Below are positions 37,249-51,300 of a stretch of DNA of 64,000 nucleotides, one piece after another (the first letter of the stretch is position 1; the number at the start of each line of letters is the position of its first letter). The notes under the pieces are model-generated. The model saw nothing but the letters and a program-made list of their open reading frames with translations, searched no databases and had not been told where the DNA came from. Position numbers and translations under genes: made by a program. The DNA is from Monocercomonoides exilis PA203 (Eukaryota > Protista > Preaxostyla), in assembly GCA_001643675.2 (NCBI GenBank), contig LSRY02000034.1, positions 992,001 through 1,056,000 of the forward strand. The letters are read 5' to 3'.

Positions 37249-38755
37249 ATGACAACAGCTGTGGAACAAAAGAGAATTGCTGGACAAAGGATATTACTTG
37301 CTGCAATGAAATCTTCAGATTACAGAAGGATTGACAATCTGACTGAACGGATGGAGCGCGTTGTGCTTGATGGAGTTGTCAGGATTACAGACATTATAAA
37401 CTCCATGGAATTCTCACGCAAAAGGATTAAAAATGCTGTTCGTGCGCTGAGAAGCAAAAGGCTGGTTTCTAAAGTTGGAAGACCGCAATTTGTGATAGGT
37501 GACAAAGAACAAATTGTGCTGAATGAAATCATTATTGAATCAAGATCTGGAAGTATTTGCCTTGAAGGAAAGTTCGCGAACTGGTTTGTTGTTCCAAAAT
37601 AATATATAATTCAAATAAATAAAAAAGATGGAAAAATCTTTGAAACGTTTCAAATGACAAAAACTCACTTTATGAAAATGTTTCAGTAGCCACAGCCTAA
37701 TACTTGGTGAAGTGCTATCCAATGTTGAAAAGAAGCACTCCAAATAACGTTGATGTTTATCACACTGAAATGTCGTGCCAAATGTTCTGCAGCCCTGGTA
37801 TTCATAACTGGACAGTTTGCATGAAAAAATGAATACTGCAGAGAACTTATATTCATCATGGATGAGTCATCACTAAGAGTTTCCACCAATTCAAGACTGA
37901 GCGTGGTTCATCCAAAAAATGAAAATCCAGGATTTCGCAAAGAACCACCAAAAATGACGAATTCAACTTTTGTTTCTGCAGTGGCTGCTGATGGATTTGC
38001 ACTTCCTTCTGTGATTCTATGGCCTGGCAAAAGTCTTCCTGATGAAATGAAGCAGCTGCTGTCGCAGACTCTGGATATATGGTCGAACGAAAGTGGTTGG
38101 ATGGACTGCAACCAACTCAAAATGTTCGCACTTTCAATACTCCTTCAAGGAATTATCAATCACAGTAAGCGCATGTCACTCGAAAATTCTGCATGCGGAC
38201 TTCTCATCGACTCACACATTTCTCGAACAGATCCGACAATCTGGAGAGAATTTCAAAAAGAAAATAACGACTTTATCACCTTCATTCCTCACAGCACACA
38301 TATCACCCAGCCTCATGACAGAGGAGTCTTCGCTGTTCTCAAAACAGAACTGCAAACAAAATATGAACCTCCATCTTCATCGACATCTTCATCAAAAAGA
38401 ACATCTCTTGTGGATGCTCTCCCTCAAGAAATTCATCCCGCCCTCTCACTTGCTGTCATTCAAAAAGCCTTCGCAACAAGTGAAGTTCTTCATAACGAAT
38501 CTGGACCTATTCTCATTGAGCTGCCAGAAACTTCGAAATATTGTCCTTCAACTCATTCAAACAGATTCGACTTCTATGGAAAACCGATATCAGATAAGAA
38601 GCTTCTGAATGATTGGAGTGGACATTTATGAATAAAAGAAGAAGAAAAAGTTGATGGTGAAAAGAATTCATATGAAGAAATGAAAGAAGCAGAGCAAAAA
38701 GAAGATAATGAATTAGAGTCTTTGGTTGAAATGAAAAAAAAAGAGAAAATTTGAA
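37249..38755 (+). mobile_element. Decayed pogo/Fot1-like DDE_1 transposase (DD35D)
   Basis: MDES…TFVSAVAADG…P.VILW…NESGWMD…LLIDSHISR…FIPHSTHITQPHDRGVF. N-terminal ORF 37249-37602 contains a GRP motif. Stops and frameshifts at 37600-37850 and a TGA at 38629-38631. Confidence 0.88.
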
Positions 38756-38884
38756 GTGTAAGCAGATGATCATGAAAATGAAAAGGAAGAAATCAATGTA
38801 ATTGAAAGGAAAAAATGAAAAAGAAAAATTGTACGTAAATTGGATTTGTCATTTGTGTTTTTTTAATTTTTTTTTAATTTTTTT

Positions 38885-39160
38885 TACATGGGGAAAAATA
38901 TTTTGATTCAGGCATTTTCATTGAAAAATTATGCACTTTTCATTGACTTTTTGAGATCAAAAAATATAGAAAAAATGGGTTCATTTATTGAAATTCGAGA
39001 TATGACACAACACTTTATATTTTGATTTCAACGATGCATGTTTTCGGATATGAAAAACAAATTTATTTTGGAATCTGAGAAAGTGAAATAAAGTTATGAG
39101 TGAAACAATATTTTTATGCCTTGTGCAAAAAATGCTTGAAAATCCATATTTTCCTCCATA
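38885..39160. mobile_element. ~275-bp degenerate MITE-like repeat, copy 2
   Basis: Homologous to 12952-13226. Ends ATGGGGAAAAATAT…ATATTTTCCTCCAT; followed by a ~60-nt A-tract. Confidence 0.6.
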
Positions 39161-39163
39161 TCG

Positions 39164-39201
<38 letters not shown>

Positions 39202-40329
39202 AAAAAAAAAAAAAAAAAAAAAACCACATATGAAGTTTATATATTAATATTTTGACGTTCACAAATCAGAAAAATTCAATCACAAAAAAAGTGAAGATTC
39301 ATTAGTTAAATCCACTATATTTTGTGAATCATTCAAAAAAAGAAAACAATAGAATGTCATAATAAAGGAAAGGAAAGAAAAAAATTTCTTTTTATTGTTT
39401 TGAAATTCACTATTTGATTCGTTATTATTCAGAAGTTGCTGCTCTTGGATCAATATCTGAATTATCAAGCAAATTGAAACTTAATTTTTTTTTATTTTTT
39501 TTTTTAAATATATTTTATTAGAAAAAAAATCAATAAATTGATGTATTAAAATCTAAAAAATAAGATAAAAATTTATTGAAAGAATTGATAAATTTATTTC
39601 TCTCAGAAAGAATTCTATCGTTTGAAATTTAATTATCTTCAAATCCACAAAGGAAAATATTGATTGTTCCAACTCTTTGGAAGAACATTTTTTGAAAGCA
39701 TTGCTTCAGCATTTTGAACATTTCTTTCGTTTTTAACATTTGAATTTTGAAAAGATCAAAACTTGGACAAAAGTGTGTTTCAGAAAATGATCAGTCTTGT
39801 TTGTTTTGAAAGAATATATTCAAAGGATTTTTGTTGATTAATGCCAGGAGAATTTTCAATTATTATGAATTTTCAAAGTCAACGAAATTTTGGATGAATT
39901 TGATTCGAATTATCGAAAAATACTCTTGCATGAAGCATCTGTTAATAATTAAAAAAGCTTCCTTATTTGAAAAAAATCTGTTCATATGAATCGACAGATC
40001 GAATTCACATTTCAACAAATTAACAAAAAACCCTTCTGAAAAATTTAACATACAAAAACAACTCTGAATAACAATCATAAAATAAAATGCTTTCTTTGAA
40101 GAAATGATAAAAAAATAAAAAAAGAAACTCTCTCAAGAAATTGCCAATAAAAAATCAACATAAACTTAAACAGCAGAAAGTACCAACTTCGAAAGAAAAA
40201 TTAAAATTAAATAAAATCAAAACAAACATGAAAATGTACATTAACATTACAACACGTACACTCAAATTTAACAGTGATAAATGGTAAACAATTAGAAAAA
40301 ACCTCAATAATAAAGCTTGCTTGTGCGCA

Positions 40330-41559
40330 TTAAGCGTATTCATCATCTTTAATAATTGCTCCTGCTTCTGCTCCAACTTCCACATATTCGACTGTTCTGG
40401 CAGAATTGTTACTCTTCAGATTTCCCGCTCCTCCATCGCTTCCTAACATTACTTGCTTTGCCATCATATTTTCCATTTCAATTGCAGCCTCATGGCTTAA
40501 TTTTTCGTTTTCTTCCTTTTCTTTTCTTTCTTCCTCCTCTCTATCGATTTTTTCTTCGAACTTTCTTTCTTCTTTTGACAAAAGCCATCTCCACTCTTCT
40601 TTTCTTCTCCAGTCTTGAATTCTATGCTCCACACATGGAAGCATGACTCCTTTCAATTCGCTCGAAAATGTACTCCACGACAAGTCTCTCTCCACTCCCC
40701 ATGAATCCATGCATGTTGAAAAGCATTTAATAAATGACACAAATAAAAAGCACGTGAAAAAAGATGCTCCAATGATGATCATTACAACTCCGGCATTCCC
40801 CGAAATGGATGTTCCAACAAATAAAAATACAAATCCAGCAACAAGCAGGAGCATCAAAAATATAAAGACTTTTGATTCTGTGAGACAAAATCGATTATTG
40901 CAAGCAACCCTTTTCTTCTCTTTTTCCCAAATTCGTTTGAACTCGGTTATCACAGCTTTTTGATCTTCATCAAGGCATCTATCGTTTAGAAAAGTGTCAT
41001 TTTCTATTGATTTCCTGGCAACTTCGCGCTGAACGTCTGTCGAACGTAAAAATGGAATTTTTTCCTTTTCTGGCTCCTTTACCGCTTTGATCCCTTTCAT
41101 TAGCTGAGAAAAGAATTGCCGAGAAGGTACGCCTTCTTCGTCGATAATTGGAGCAACAAAGCTTAATTCCCATTTATTCTTCGGGGCAGCAGCTCCCAAA
41201 TTGGTAGGAGGATCACAACTTATTTCACCTGCAACTGGAACTGAATTGTTAACTCCCTCAAGATTTGGTGGTGTTGCAGTATATGCGTTAATGTTATCTG
41301 ATGTGGGCAAACTTGGCAATGGAACGGAATTTGTTGATTGAGCCTGAACTTGAGAAACAACTTTCCAAAATTCTGCCTTTTCTGCAATACTGAGTGTTTC
41401 TGAAAAATTTTCCAAGTCGATAGGCAATGGCAAAGAAGGCAAGAACTTTGAAAAGAGGCTTATACATTTATTCTTAAGATCCTCTGGCAATTGCGCAGCA
41501 AATTCCCTTATTTGTTGCGGGATATTATGTTCAATCGATTCAAAGGATTCTTTATCCAT
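40330..41559 (-). CDS. Hypothetical two-TM membrane protein with C-terminal charged coiled coil (409 aa)
   Basis: Long ATG-initiated ORF with a hydrophobic hairpin VFIFLMLLLVAGFVFLFVG / VVMIIIGASFFTCFLFVSFI. Confidence 0.8.
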   Translation of the reverse strand: MDKESFESIEHNIPQQIREFAAQLPEDLKNKCISLFSKFLPSLPLPIDLENFSETLSIAEKAEFWKVVSQVQAQSTNSVPLPSLPTSDNINAYTATPPNLEGVNNSVPVAGEISCDPPTNLGAAAPKNKWELSFVAPIIDEEGVPSRQFFSQLMKGIKAVKEPEKEKIPFLRSTDVQREVARKSIENDTFLNDRCLDEDQKAVITEFKRIWEKEKKRVACNNRFCLTESKVFIFLMLLLVAGFVFLFVGTSISGNAGVVMIIIGASFFTCFLFVSFIKCFSTCMDSWGVERDLSWSTFSSELKGVMLPCVEHRIQDWRRKEEWRWLLSKEERKFEEKIDREEEERKEKEENEKLSHEAAIEMENMMAKQVMLGSDGGAGNLKSNNSARTVEYVEVGAEAGAIIKDDEYA

Positions 41560-42326
41560 TTTTCAGATCTTTTATTCTTTCAATTAATGATTACCCTTAA
41601 TAAAGTTACAGAAGTAATTTTTGTTTTTCTTTTTTTTTTCCAAAAAAGAAATATCTTTCGGTCTATGAAGAAAAAACTTTGTGTTATGTTTTGTTGTCTT
41701 TTAACATTTTATCGCTTTAAATATTCGAAGTTCAACTTAATAGAAACATGTGAAATTTTCATCATTAAAACAATCATGATTTGATTAATAGAAAAAAAAT
41801 AAGATTTATCGAATAAAAGATTTCACACGTTCGAAAAAATGATTTTATTCCCACCTTAATCTGTTTTCTTTTTAATTATAAATTTTTGCGAACAAATTAT
41901 AATTTGGAAATCTGTCAGGAAAAAAAGTCTTTTTTTTTTTTAAATTTTTTTTCATATTAAATTTTTTTCTCCTTTTTTAGTCAAAGTTTCTTTTCTTTTG
42001 TTTTTTCAAAAAGAAACGTACTGGATAGAGAGACATACGAATCATGAAAAATAAAAATTACAAAAAATATATCACGATTTATCGAAACAGAAATGACTTT
42101 TATTTGTATAAAAAAACTAAAAAATGATTATAATTAGGATTATTTGAATTGCACAATATGTCTTTGATATCATGAAATAATGATGCTTTCATGGATTGAT
42201 TTCATGAGGATATTTCAACAAAGGCAAATGAATGAAATGAGAGAATATTGATCAAGAACATAATTCAGATCACTGATAGAAGATTATTTTATTGTTGTTT
42301 GTGCGAAGCGAAAAAGAGATTGAGAA

Positions 42327-45300
42327 ATGGGAATACCAAAATTATTCAGGTATTGAAACAATGTATTATCATTTTAAGTAAAATTATCACCATTGTTGCG
42401 CAGATGGATAAGCGAGAGATATCCGTTGATTTTATCGCCAGCTAATGTTTTTACTTGTCCTGAAATCGGTTTTTCTCTTAAATATTTGACTTTAATTCTT
42501 TATTCAATTTGAAAAACGTCATGTTTTTTTTGTAAAACAATTATTGAACGAAATAATAAACATTTGCAAATTTAACAATTAGACAATTTATATCTTGACT
42601 CAAACGGAATTATTCATAACGCAACGCATGGGAATCAAGGAATTACGCACCAGCTAACAGATGAAGAAATGATAGCAGGAATATTTCAATACATTGATAG
42701 GCTATTTCAGATAGTTAAGCCCAAAAAGCTTCTTTATATTGCTGTTGATGGTGTTGCTCCACGTGCAAAACTGAATCAACAACGATCTCGCCGTTTTAGA
42801 ACAGCTCGTGATAGAGAAATAGCTGTTCAAGAAGCAAGAGCAAAAGGGGAAGATGTACCAACTGAGGTGTTTGATAGTAACTGCATCACTCCTGGTACAG
42901 AATTTATGTTTAGATTATCGGAGTGGCTTAAATACTATGCATCAATAAAAATGAGTACCGACAAAGCCTGGGCTGGTGTTAGTGTTGTTGTGTCTGGATG
43001 TGACACACCTGGCGAAGGAGAACACAAGATCATGTCGTTTATTCGCGCACAGAGAAGCCAGCCAGGATATGACGGATCGACTTCGCATTGCATTTACGGG
43101 CAAGATGCAGATCTGATTATGTTGTCACTTGCTACCCACGAGCCAAACTTTGTGGTACTTCGAGAAGAAGTTAAGTTTGGGAGTGCCAATAGCGGTGGAG
43201 GCGGGGGAAAAGAAGACGACCGGCCAACAGCGGACAAAACACAATTCCAGTTTCTGCACATTACACTTCTGAGAGAGTATCTGGAGAAGGAGCTGAGCGG
43301 GGTGAAAGGGCGCCTGCGCTTCGAGTACGACTTCGAGCGGCTGATTGACGATTTCGTGCTTCTATGCTTTTTTGTGGGCAACGACTTTATTCCGAAGATG
43401 CCTGGGCTGGACATTGCTTCAGGCTCGCTCAGTGAGATCTTCCAGTTGTATGTGGAGCTGCTGCCGTCGCTGCCAGACTACATCACTAACCACGGGCGAG
43501 TGGATTTCCGGTCTTTTGAGAGGATCTGCCAGGGTCTGGCGTCGATGGAAAGGAGCCATTTTGCTGAGCTCGATGAGAACGAAGAGACTTTCGGGTCAGG
43601 GTCGTATTCACGCTCGTCTGGAAAAGGCGCAGGCGAATGGAAAGACGGTGAGTGGGTGAGTGGAGGAGGCGAAGGGATGCAGCAGAAGAGCGACAGAATC
43701 TGCTGTGACCACGTCGAACAGAACACACAACACAGAAATTTGGAGCAAGACAGCACTTCCAGTGCTAATGCATTAGGCACACCGTTAACATCTGCTGCTT
43801 CTCTTTCTCCTGCACATGCCTCTGCTCCTCATCAGCTTCCTCATCTTTCTCCATTTGACATCGCTTTGAGATGCCCCTCGTGGCGTTCCTCGTATTACAA
43901 GCGCAAGTTCGGGTATTCTGCGCCACCGCTGTATGTTTCTGAAGCGTGCATTGTGCATTCGAAGGATAAACACCATCTGAGAGAGGCTGCAAGAGAAATG
44001 AGGGGAGACGACGAGGAATATGAGGGAGAGGAAGATGGAGAAGGAGAAGAAGAAGGAGAAGGAGACTATTATTATGGCAACAAAGAACTTGGTGGTTATT
44101 CGCGCACATCATCAAAATGGGAGAGAAAAGGAGGGCTGATCGAAAGGCCTGATCAATACAGCAGCACACAATCTCAATCACAACCGTCTTCATCATCATC
44201 ATCTTCTTCTCCTCATTCACTTGTCCCCAAGCGCTCGTCTGTGTTTGATCCATCGCGTGAGCGGCAGTTCAGTCTGCACAGCACCTCCACTCCGCAGCAC
44301 AAGCCCTTCCGCGATCTCGTCTTCCATTACTTAGAGTCCATCCAGTGGGTCTTTTCCTATTACATCTCTGGCTGCCCGTCCTGGGGCTGGTTCTATCCTT
44401 ACCTCTACGCCCCGCTCCTGTGCGATCTGTGCGACTTGTCTTCCTTCCCCCCCATCGCCTTTGTGGAGGACAAACCTCTCCTTCCCTTTGAGCAGCTGCT
44501 GGCGGTGCTGCCGACAGCGTCGTGTGCTCTGCTTCCAGCGCCGTTCAGACCGCTTATGCAGAGCGAGGAAGTGGTGGTGAGGCAGAAAGTGGATGAGGAA
44601 GGGAACTTTGTGGGGAGTGCGTTGCTTGTGGGAGAAGGAGGAGGAGGAGGAATGGATGGGAATGAGGATGAGGATGATGAAGGAGATGATGATAACAAGA
44701 AAGCTATCAATGAAGATTATTCTTCAGCTGCGGGTAAAGCCGCAGCAGGGCAAAGCGAACAAATCGAAAAGAAGAAGAAAACAAAACTTAGAACAGTTTC
44801 GCGCCGTTTTATTTCTCCGATCGCGGCATTTTATCCGAAGGAGTTTGAAGTTGACATGGAGTTCTGCAAGATGCCATGGGAAGGGGTGTGTGTGCTGCCA
44901 TTCATCGATGTGGAGCTGCTGAAGCAGACGGCGCAGACGATCTATCCTCTTTTGTCGAGTTTGGAGCTGCGGCGCAACCAGCACCAGTTCAGCACTTTGT
45001 TTCGGTCTCCACATCATCCAGACTTCAGAATGGACATGATGCTCATCTCGTTCATACAGGAAGAGAACGAAAGAGGAAACGGAGGAGAAGCAAATGGAAT
45101 TAATTCTTCTTCTTCTTCTTCTGCCTCATCCTCTTCTCTATACAAACACCCTCTTCCTTCACACACCCATCTCTTGTCGCATCTCTTCCCTTCTTTTGTT
45201 CTGACTCCCCCAATCGACCATCCTGCTTTCCTTTCTGTTTCCAACTGCCGAATTGTGCAGCAGCCCGCGGTGCCCCACGACACACGGCCGATGCTGGCAG

Positions 45301-48300
45301 ACACTTCTCTGTTGGATCGAATGATGGCAGTGGTGGACCAGGTGAAGGAAGGAGATGAGGATGAGGAGGAGGAGGAAGAGAAAGAGAAAGAGAAAGAGAA
45401 GAAGACAGGGAAGCAAGCTGAGAAAGCGGAGAGGAAAGAAATCGAAGAGAAAATAAAGAGATTCAAAAGGATGAAGATGCAAAACAAAGAAAGAATCCAA
45501 AAGTTGCACAATCTTGTTTTCCCACCTGCTTTGCAGACTCCGTCTTCTTCGTTTATTCCTCCGAATCTTTTAGCTACTGCCTTTCCGAATGAGCAAGATA
45601 AAACTTTATCATCATCATCATCGCCATCAGCTTCAGCAAAAGAGAAAGAGAAAGAGTCAGAATCAAACACGCGAATGATCCATTCAGAAATATCTTTCCT
45701 CCGAACAGAGTTCAAAATTATCGTTTCTCTCTTAAAATACGCCAATGTTGCTTATCTTCCTCCGCCATACTCACTCCAATCAAGCACTTCTCCTCTTCAT
45801 CTTCATTCTTCTTCTTCTTCCTCTTTCACTTCTTCCTCTTTCTCTCTCCAAAAGCCACTTGCCCTTCCTTCTGCTTCTCTTGTCCGCCCCTGGCGAGAGC
45901 GAGGCCTGTCTCTCTCTTCATTCATCCTTCCTTCTTATCACCCACGTGCCAGGTTTCCCTCTCTTTACACACTTCATCCAGCATCTTTGTCATTCTTCAT
46001 CAAACACACACAGCATGTGAGTGGAGTCACATTCAACTGGGAAAGAATTAAGAAGAAGATGATCAAAGAGGACGAGATGGATCAGGAAGAAGTTGAGAAA
46101 TCGAATAATTTTATGTCTTCTTCTTCTTCTTCTCAGTTCAATGGAACAGAAAATGGATTGAACGACAGCCAACAGAAGAAGAAGAAGAAGAAGCCGTTGG
46201 ATTTGAGTGGAGGCGACAGGCTAGAAAGAATCGTGCCATTTCGCCGTTTTGGAACAAAAGCAGACAGAAGCCGGCTTTTGAAGATGAAGAACGAGAAGAA
46301 AAGCATCAGCGAAATGAATGCAGAGCTGATGATATCGAAAATGAGAGGGGTGAAAGGGATGAGTGGTATAGGGACATCAGAAGAGGAGGAGGAGAAGAAG
46401 AAAGGAAAAGAAAGTAAAGAGATTTCTTCTTCTTCTTCTTCTTCTTTGAGTGGAAATTCATCATTGAATGGAATAAATGCTCGATTTGGAAGTGGAAGAG
46501 AACCAAACACACAACAAGGAGCACAAAATGCTCGTGTGAATGATCCATTCATGGAACTGTTCAGCAGAATGAACATTAACGTCAACGTAAAACCTGTTCA
46601 GAACAAGCAAAATACTTCTAATTCAACTTCAATCCCTGTTTCTTCTTCATCTTCTTCTTCTCTTTCATCGTCTTCTTCAACCACTTCATCATCATCAACT
46701 TCATCATCATCACCAACAACCCAACAACCTCTCCTTCAAGCCCAACCTCCAGCAACTGATCCTCTTCCCTTGCCTTCAGTCATCAAAGAGATCAAAGCGC
46801 AAGTCTTCTCTTTCCTCTCCAGACAGCCGTCGCGTGTGCTGAATGTGGAGAATGCTCTGTTTGTGTCACACAGATACCATCCATTCACACTTCCTTCAGC
46901 TGCATTGATAGACAGAGAAGAGACAGACAGACAGAGAGACATGCAGAACGAGAGGAGAGGAGGAGGAGGAGGAGGAGGGTACTGGGGAAGCAGTGGCAAT
47001 AACAGCTATGGAAGATCAGGAAGGCCGCAACACGCAGGGATTGGATACAACAATGAAAGGAACACACAACATCAATCAAACCAGTCTAATTTTGTCAGCA
47101 GTCAAGGAGATTCTGGAAGCTATTGGGGCAGTCAGAAATCAAAGACATCAATTGAACGGCCTCTTTCTCTTGCTGATCCTTCTTCTTCTTCAATCTCAAC
47201 AACCTCGTTTTCTTTCCCTGCCTCTGTGACAATTCCTCCATTGCATCTTTCGTATCTCCTTCGCTTTCTTGTTGGAGCTGTTGTGTACTTCAACTATCCT
47301 CATCTGAGACCAGGGAGAGTGTGCAGAGTGGAGGCAAAGGGAATTGGCGGTTGGGTGCTCAATCCGAAGGCGTTGAAGGAAGAAGAAGAAGAGGAGGAAG
47401 AAGAAGAGGATGAGGAAGATGTTAATGAGGAGGGAGAAGAGGAAGAAGGAGAAGATGGATATGGAGCTAATTATAAGGATGGATCAGCAAATATGACTAA
47501 TAAATACAACTCAGCCGAGCAGAAGAAGAAAAGAGAGGCAGCAAGAATTCGAAGGCTGGCGAAGATGGAAGAGAGAGACGAGGAAGATGTGATGCAGAGA
47601 TTGGAGCTTGTCGACGAGAGCGAAGACGATTCTGTGTTTGAACTCGACGAAAACGATAAGCAAATAGCAAACGGAACAGCAAACAATACAACTTCATCAT
47701 CTTCTGCTAATAATAATAATAACAATAATATAAAGCAAAGCAAAGCTGCTTCTTCCTATTCCTTGAAGTCCAATCCCACACCCGATCCTTTCTTCCCCAA
47801 TTCCATTCTGTCTTTCATTCCCCCCAAGCGCAAAGCGAAAATCCTGCGCCGTTCTCTTCCTCTGGAGACATCTTCTCAATTGGAACACCATTCAGTCTCA
47901 ATCAACCCGATGGCTGTGCAGAACCCATGGAATCAGCAGCAGAAGGCATCAGCTCAGACAACTTCACAGGCAAAAGGAGGGTTTGCTGCTAAACAACAAA
48001 TGTATTCATCATCATCTTCTTCTTCATCTCCCTCTCAAAATGCCCCTTCTCCTTATTCCACCACACACACACGGGAGTCCAAAGAAGATGTGGCAGAGTT
48101 TGTGTCGAGGTGTGAGAGTCTGAAGCAGCAGCTGCTGCAGAGAAGAGGGATGGAGATAGGCGATGTGAATGTGCTGTGTTATGTGCAGCCGCTGGTTGCG
48201 ATGAAAGTGGAGGAGAAAGCAGAGAAGAAGAAGAGGAGGAAGGGGAGGAAGGGGAGAGGGAACGGGAAGAGGAGTGGAGGAAGTGAAATGAATGAGGGAG

Positions 48301-51300
48301 GAAATGATTATTATGATGAAGAAGGAGACGATTCAGAAAATGATGAAGACGATGAGGAAGAAGAAGGCAAAACGAACAAAGCAGACTGGAAGAAGCCGAA
48401 GAAGACGTCAGGAGGAAGAAGAGGAGGGAAGAATGGAATTGGATTGTGTGTCATTTCTGACAAGTCGAAAGAGGTTGTGAATGTGAATGAGGCAGACGAA
48501 GAGGAAAGGCTGCTGAATGAAGCGAGAAGGCAGCAGCAGAAGAAGAAAGCAGAAGAGATGAGGAAGAAGAAGAAAGCAGAGGAGGAAGAGAAGAGAAAGA
48601 AGGAGCAATTGAACAATGCTGCTTCTTCTTCATCAGCTGACTCAGTACAAAATAAAATGAAACATAAACGTCATATTTTGTCAACTGATTCTTCATCTCT
48701 TTCTCTTCTTTCATCATCTTCTTCTTCAATGAGCCATCTTCGTGTTGTTCCTGAATACGACGATGGAGGCATTGTGTGTGTTCCCATTCAGCTTTTAACA
48801 GCTCTGCCTGTTGTGGATGATGGAAGGTTTATTGATCTGACGAGGAAGAGGAGGGAAATGCTGATAGTGGCAGAGCGGATGGAGGAGGAGAAGAAGCTGA
48901 TGAAGATCAGAGAAGAGAGAAGGAAGAAGAGAGAGGAAGAGGCAGAGAAGATGAAGATACTCACAAAGCAGTTTGGGTTGAGCTTGGGAATTGGAACAGG
49001 AATAACATCAGAAACTGTGAAAAGCGAGGAAAAGAAGGAGAAAGATGAAAAAGGAAAAGGAAAAGGAAAAGTTGAAGAGAGCGATGAAGATGATGATGAA
49101 GAGGAGGAAGAAGAATTATTGGGAAAAGAAACTGAAAATGTAGAAAAATCAAAAGAAGGCAAACTAAAAGAAGAAGACGATGAAGACGAAGAAGAAGATG
49201 AAAGCGACAACCGTATCACTTCATCAGCGTCTGCTGCAGCGCTTTCGACTGAATCAGCCGGTTTGAATGACATTCGCCATCTGTTTGATGTTGGGAGGCT
49301 TGTTGTTGTTGGAGGGACAGGAGTGGAAGTGCTGTCAGTGACAGCAGTGAGAGAGAAGACTGTGAGGAGGAAGGAGAAGAGGAAGAGATGGGTGCAGAAG
49401 GAGAAGGAGCAAAAGGAGAAGGAGAAAGAGAAGGCAGATGAGAAAGGAGAAGAGAAAGCAAATGAATCAGAAGCCACAGCAGTGTCAGTTGAAGAGGAAG
49501 AGTATGAAGAAGAGATTGTTGACACGAAGACAGAAAAAGCGCCTCAGCCGATTCTGTCTATACCCCATCCGCTTGCTCTGCTGGGTGTTGGGGGAAGAAT
49601 TGTGGCATCGCCTGAGGATGTGAGGAGGATGGACGAGAACAGCAGGAGACACAACAAGAAGATGAGGAGGAAGATGGCAAGGGAAAGGGAAAGTGGAATG
49701 GCGAATGAGAAAGGGAAAGAAGAAGAAGAAGAAGAAGAAGAAAGAGAAGAAGAGAATGAAGCAGTTTCGTCACTCTGGGACGAGGAAGATGAAGGAGACG
49801 AAGAACAAGACAAGTTGGAGTCGATGAAGATGAGAAGGAAGGCATTTCCGACAGCTTTGAAGGGAGATTGCGTGATTGTGGAGTTGGAATACAATGCTCT
49901 TGTTTATTCTGAGCATTTTGCCACTTTGAATCCATCACCAAATGATGAAGAATTAAGCTCAACATCTTCTTCTTCTTCTTCTTCTTCTCATTTCACTCCA
50001 AACATCTACTCAAACATCCCTCCCTCTCTCATTCGTGCACACATTGTATCTCATTCGTGTCCTTCTTCTTATCTGCCTGCTTTTCCTTCTCTTCCTTCTC
50101 TTCTTAACAAACAGTCAGAGAAAGACAGTTCTGATGCCTCATCTCCTCCTCATGTGTCCATCCATCCGTATCATTCATTTCTTTCCTCTTTCTCTTCTTC
50201 TCTTTCTTCTTCCTTCACTCTTTCTCCCCTCTCCTCCCACAGCTCTTCTCTTCTCCCTCCTCCTTTCTCTCTCTTCACCAAGTTCCTCTCTCCGTTCACA
50301 CCCGAAGCACAGAACTGGTACACCCTCGACGAAGCTGCTGCCATTGTTGGGACGACTCCTGTTGCCATTGCTTGCCTCACCAGCGTGTTTGTGGTGACTG
50401 TGAGGAACTTCTCATTCAATGCGTTTTCGGCAAAGGGGAAAGGAAAAGAGAAGGAGAAAGAGAAAGAAAAGGAAAAAGAAGCAGAGAAAGATAAAGTATC
50501 AAATGGAATGGAGAAATTGAAAGCGCTTTTTGCTTCGGCGAAAGAGAAAAGCGATGGAAAAAGCACAGAAACCACACAAAATTCAGCTTCAGCCTCAAAA
50601 TTTGTTTATTCTCCTTCGCAAAAGACAGATGCACCGTCGCCTCTGACACCTCTTTCTCCTCTTTCTCCCAACAGCCAGTCAAGTCTTTCCACTCCTCCTC
50701 TGTCTCCTCCGACTTCTGCATCTTCTTCTCCTTCTTCATCGTCTTCTTCGTTGCTGGCTAATCCAAACACTGCTTCTTCTGTTTCTCCTTCTCTTCTTTC
50801 CCCTCTCACCACGCCTCCCCTTTCTCCTTCTTCTCCTTCTTCTCTTTCACCTTCTGTTTCTCCTTCTCCCTCTTCTCTTTCTCTTTCTCCTTCCTCCCCA
50901 TCTTCTGTGACTGAAATGTTCCATCCAGTTTGTGCTCCTTCTTCTTTGGCATCTGAAATGCCTCCGATGATGACAATCAACTTTGCTTTTCCTTTTTGCG
51001 ATCCAAAAACAAACATCCATTCGCCTTATTATGCACGCTTCAACTCAACCACACGTCAAGTTGATTATTCTGACGCTGCCATTGATCTTCTTCGTGAGTA
51101 CAAGACTCGTTTTCCTTCTGTTTTTTCCTTTGTTTCGTCGTCTTCGCATGTTGGCTCTTTCCTTTCGCCTTCTTCTGCTCTATCTGCCTCTGTAGCTGCT
51201 GGCCAGACCTCCTCATACATTCGCAAAGTGAATGCCACACAGATCATTCCACAAGGCACACACGAAGCATTCGATGAGCTTGTGTCATTTCTCTCGTCGG

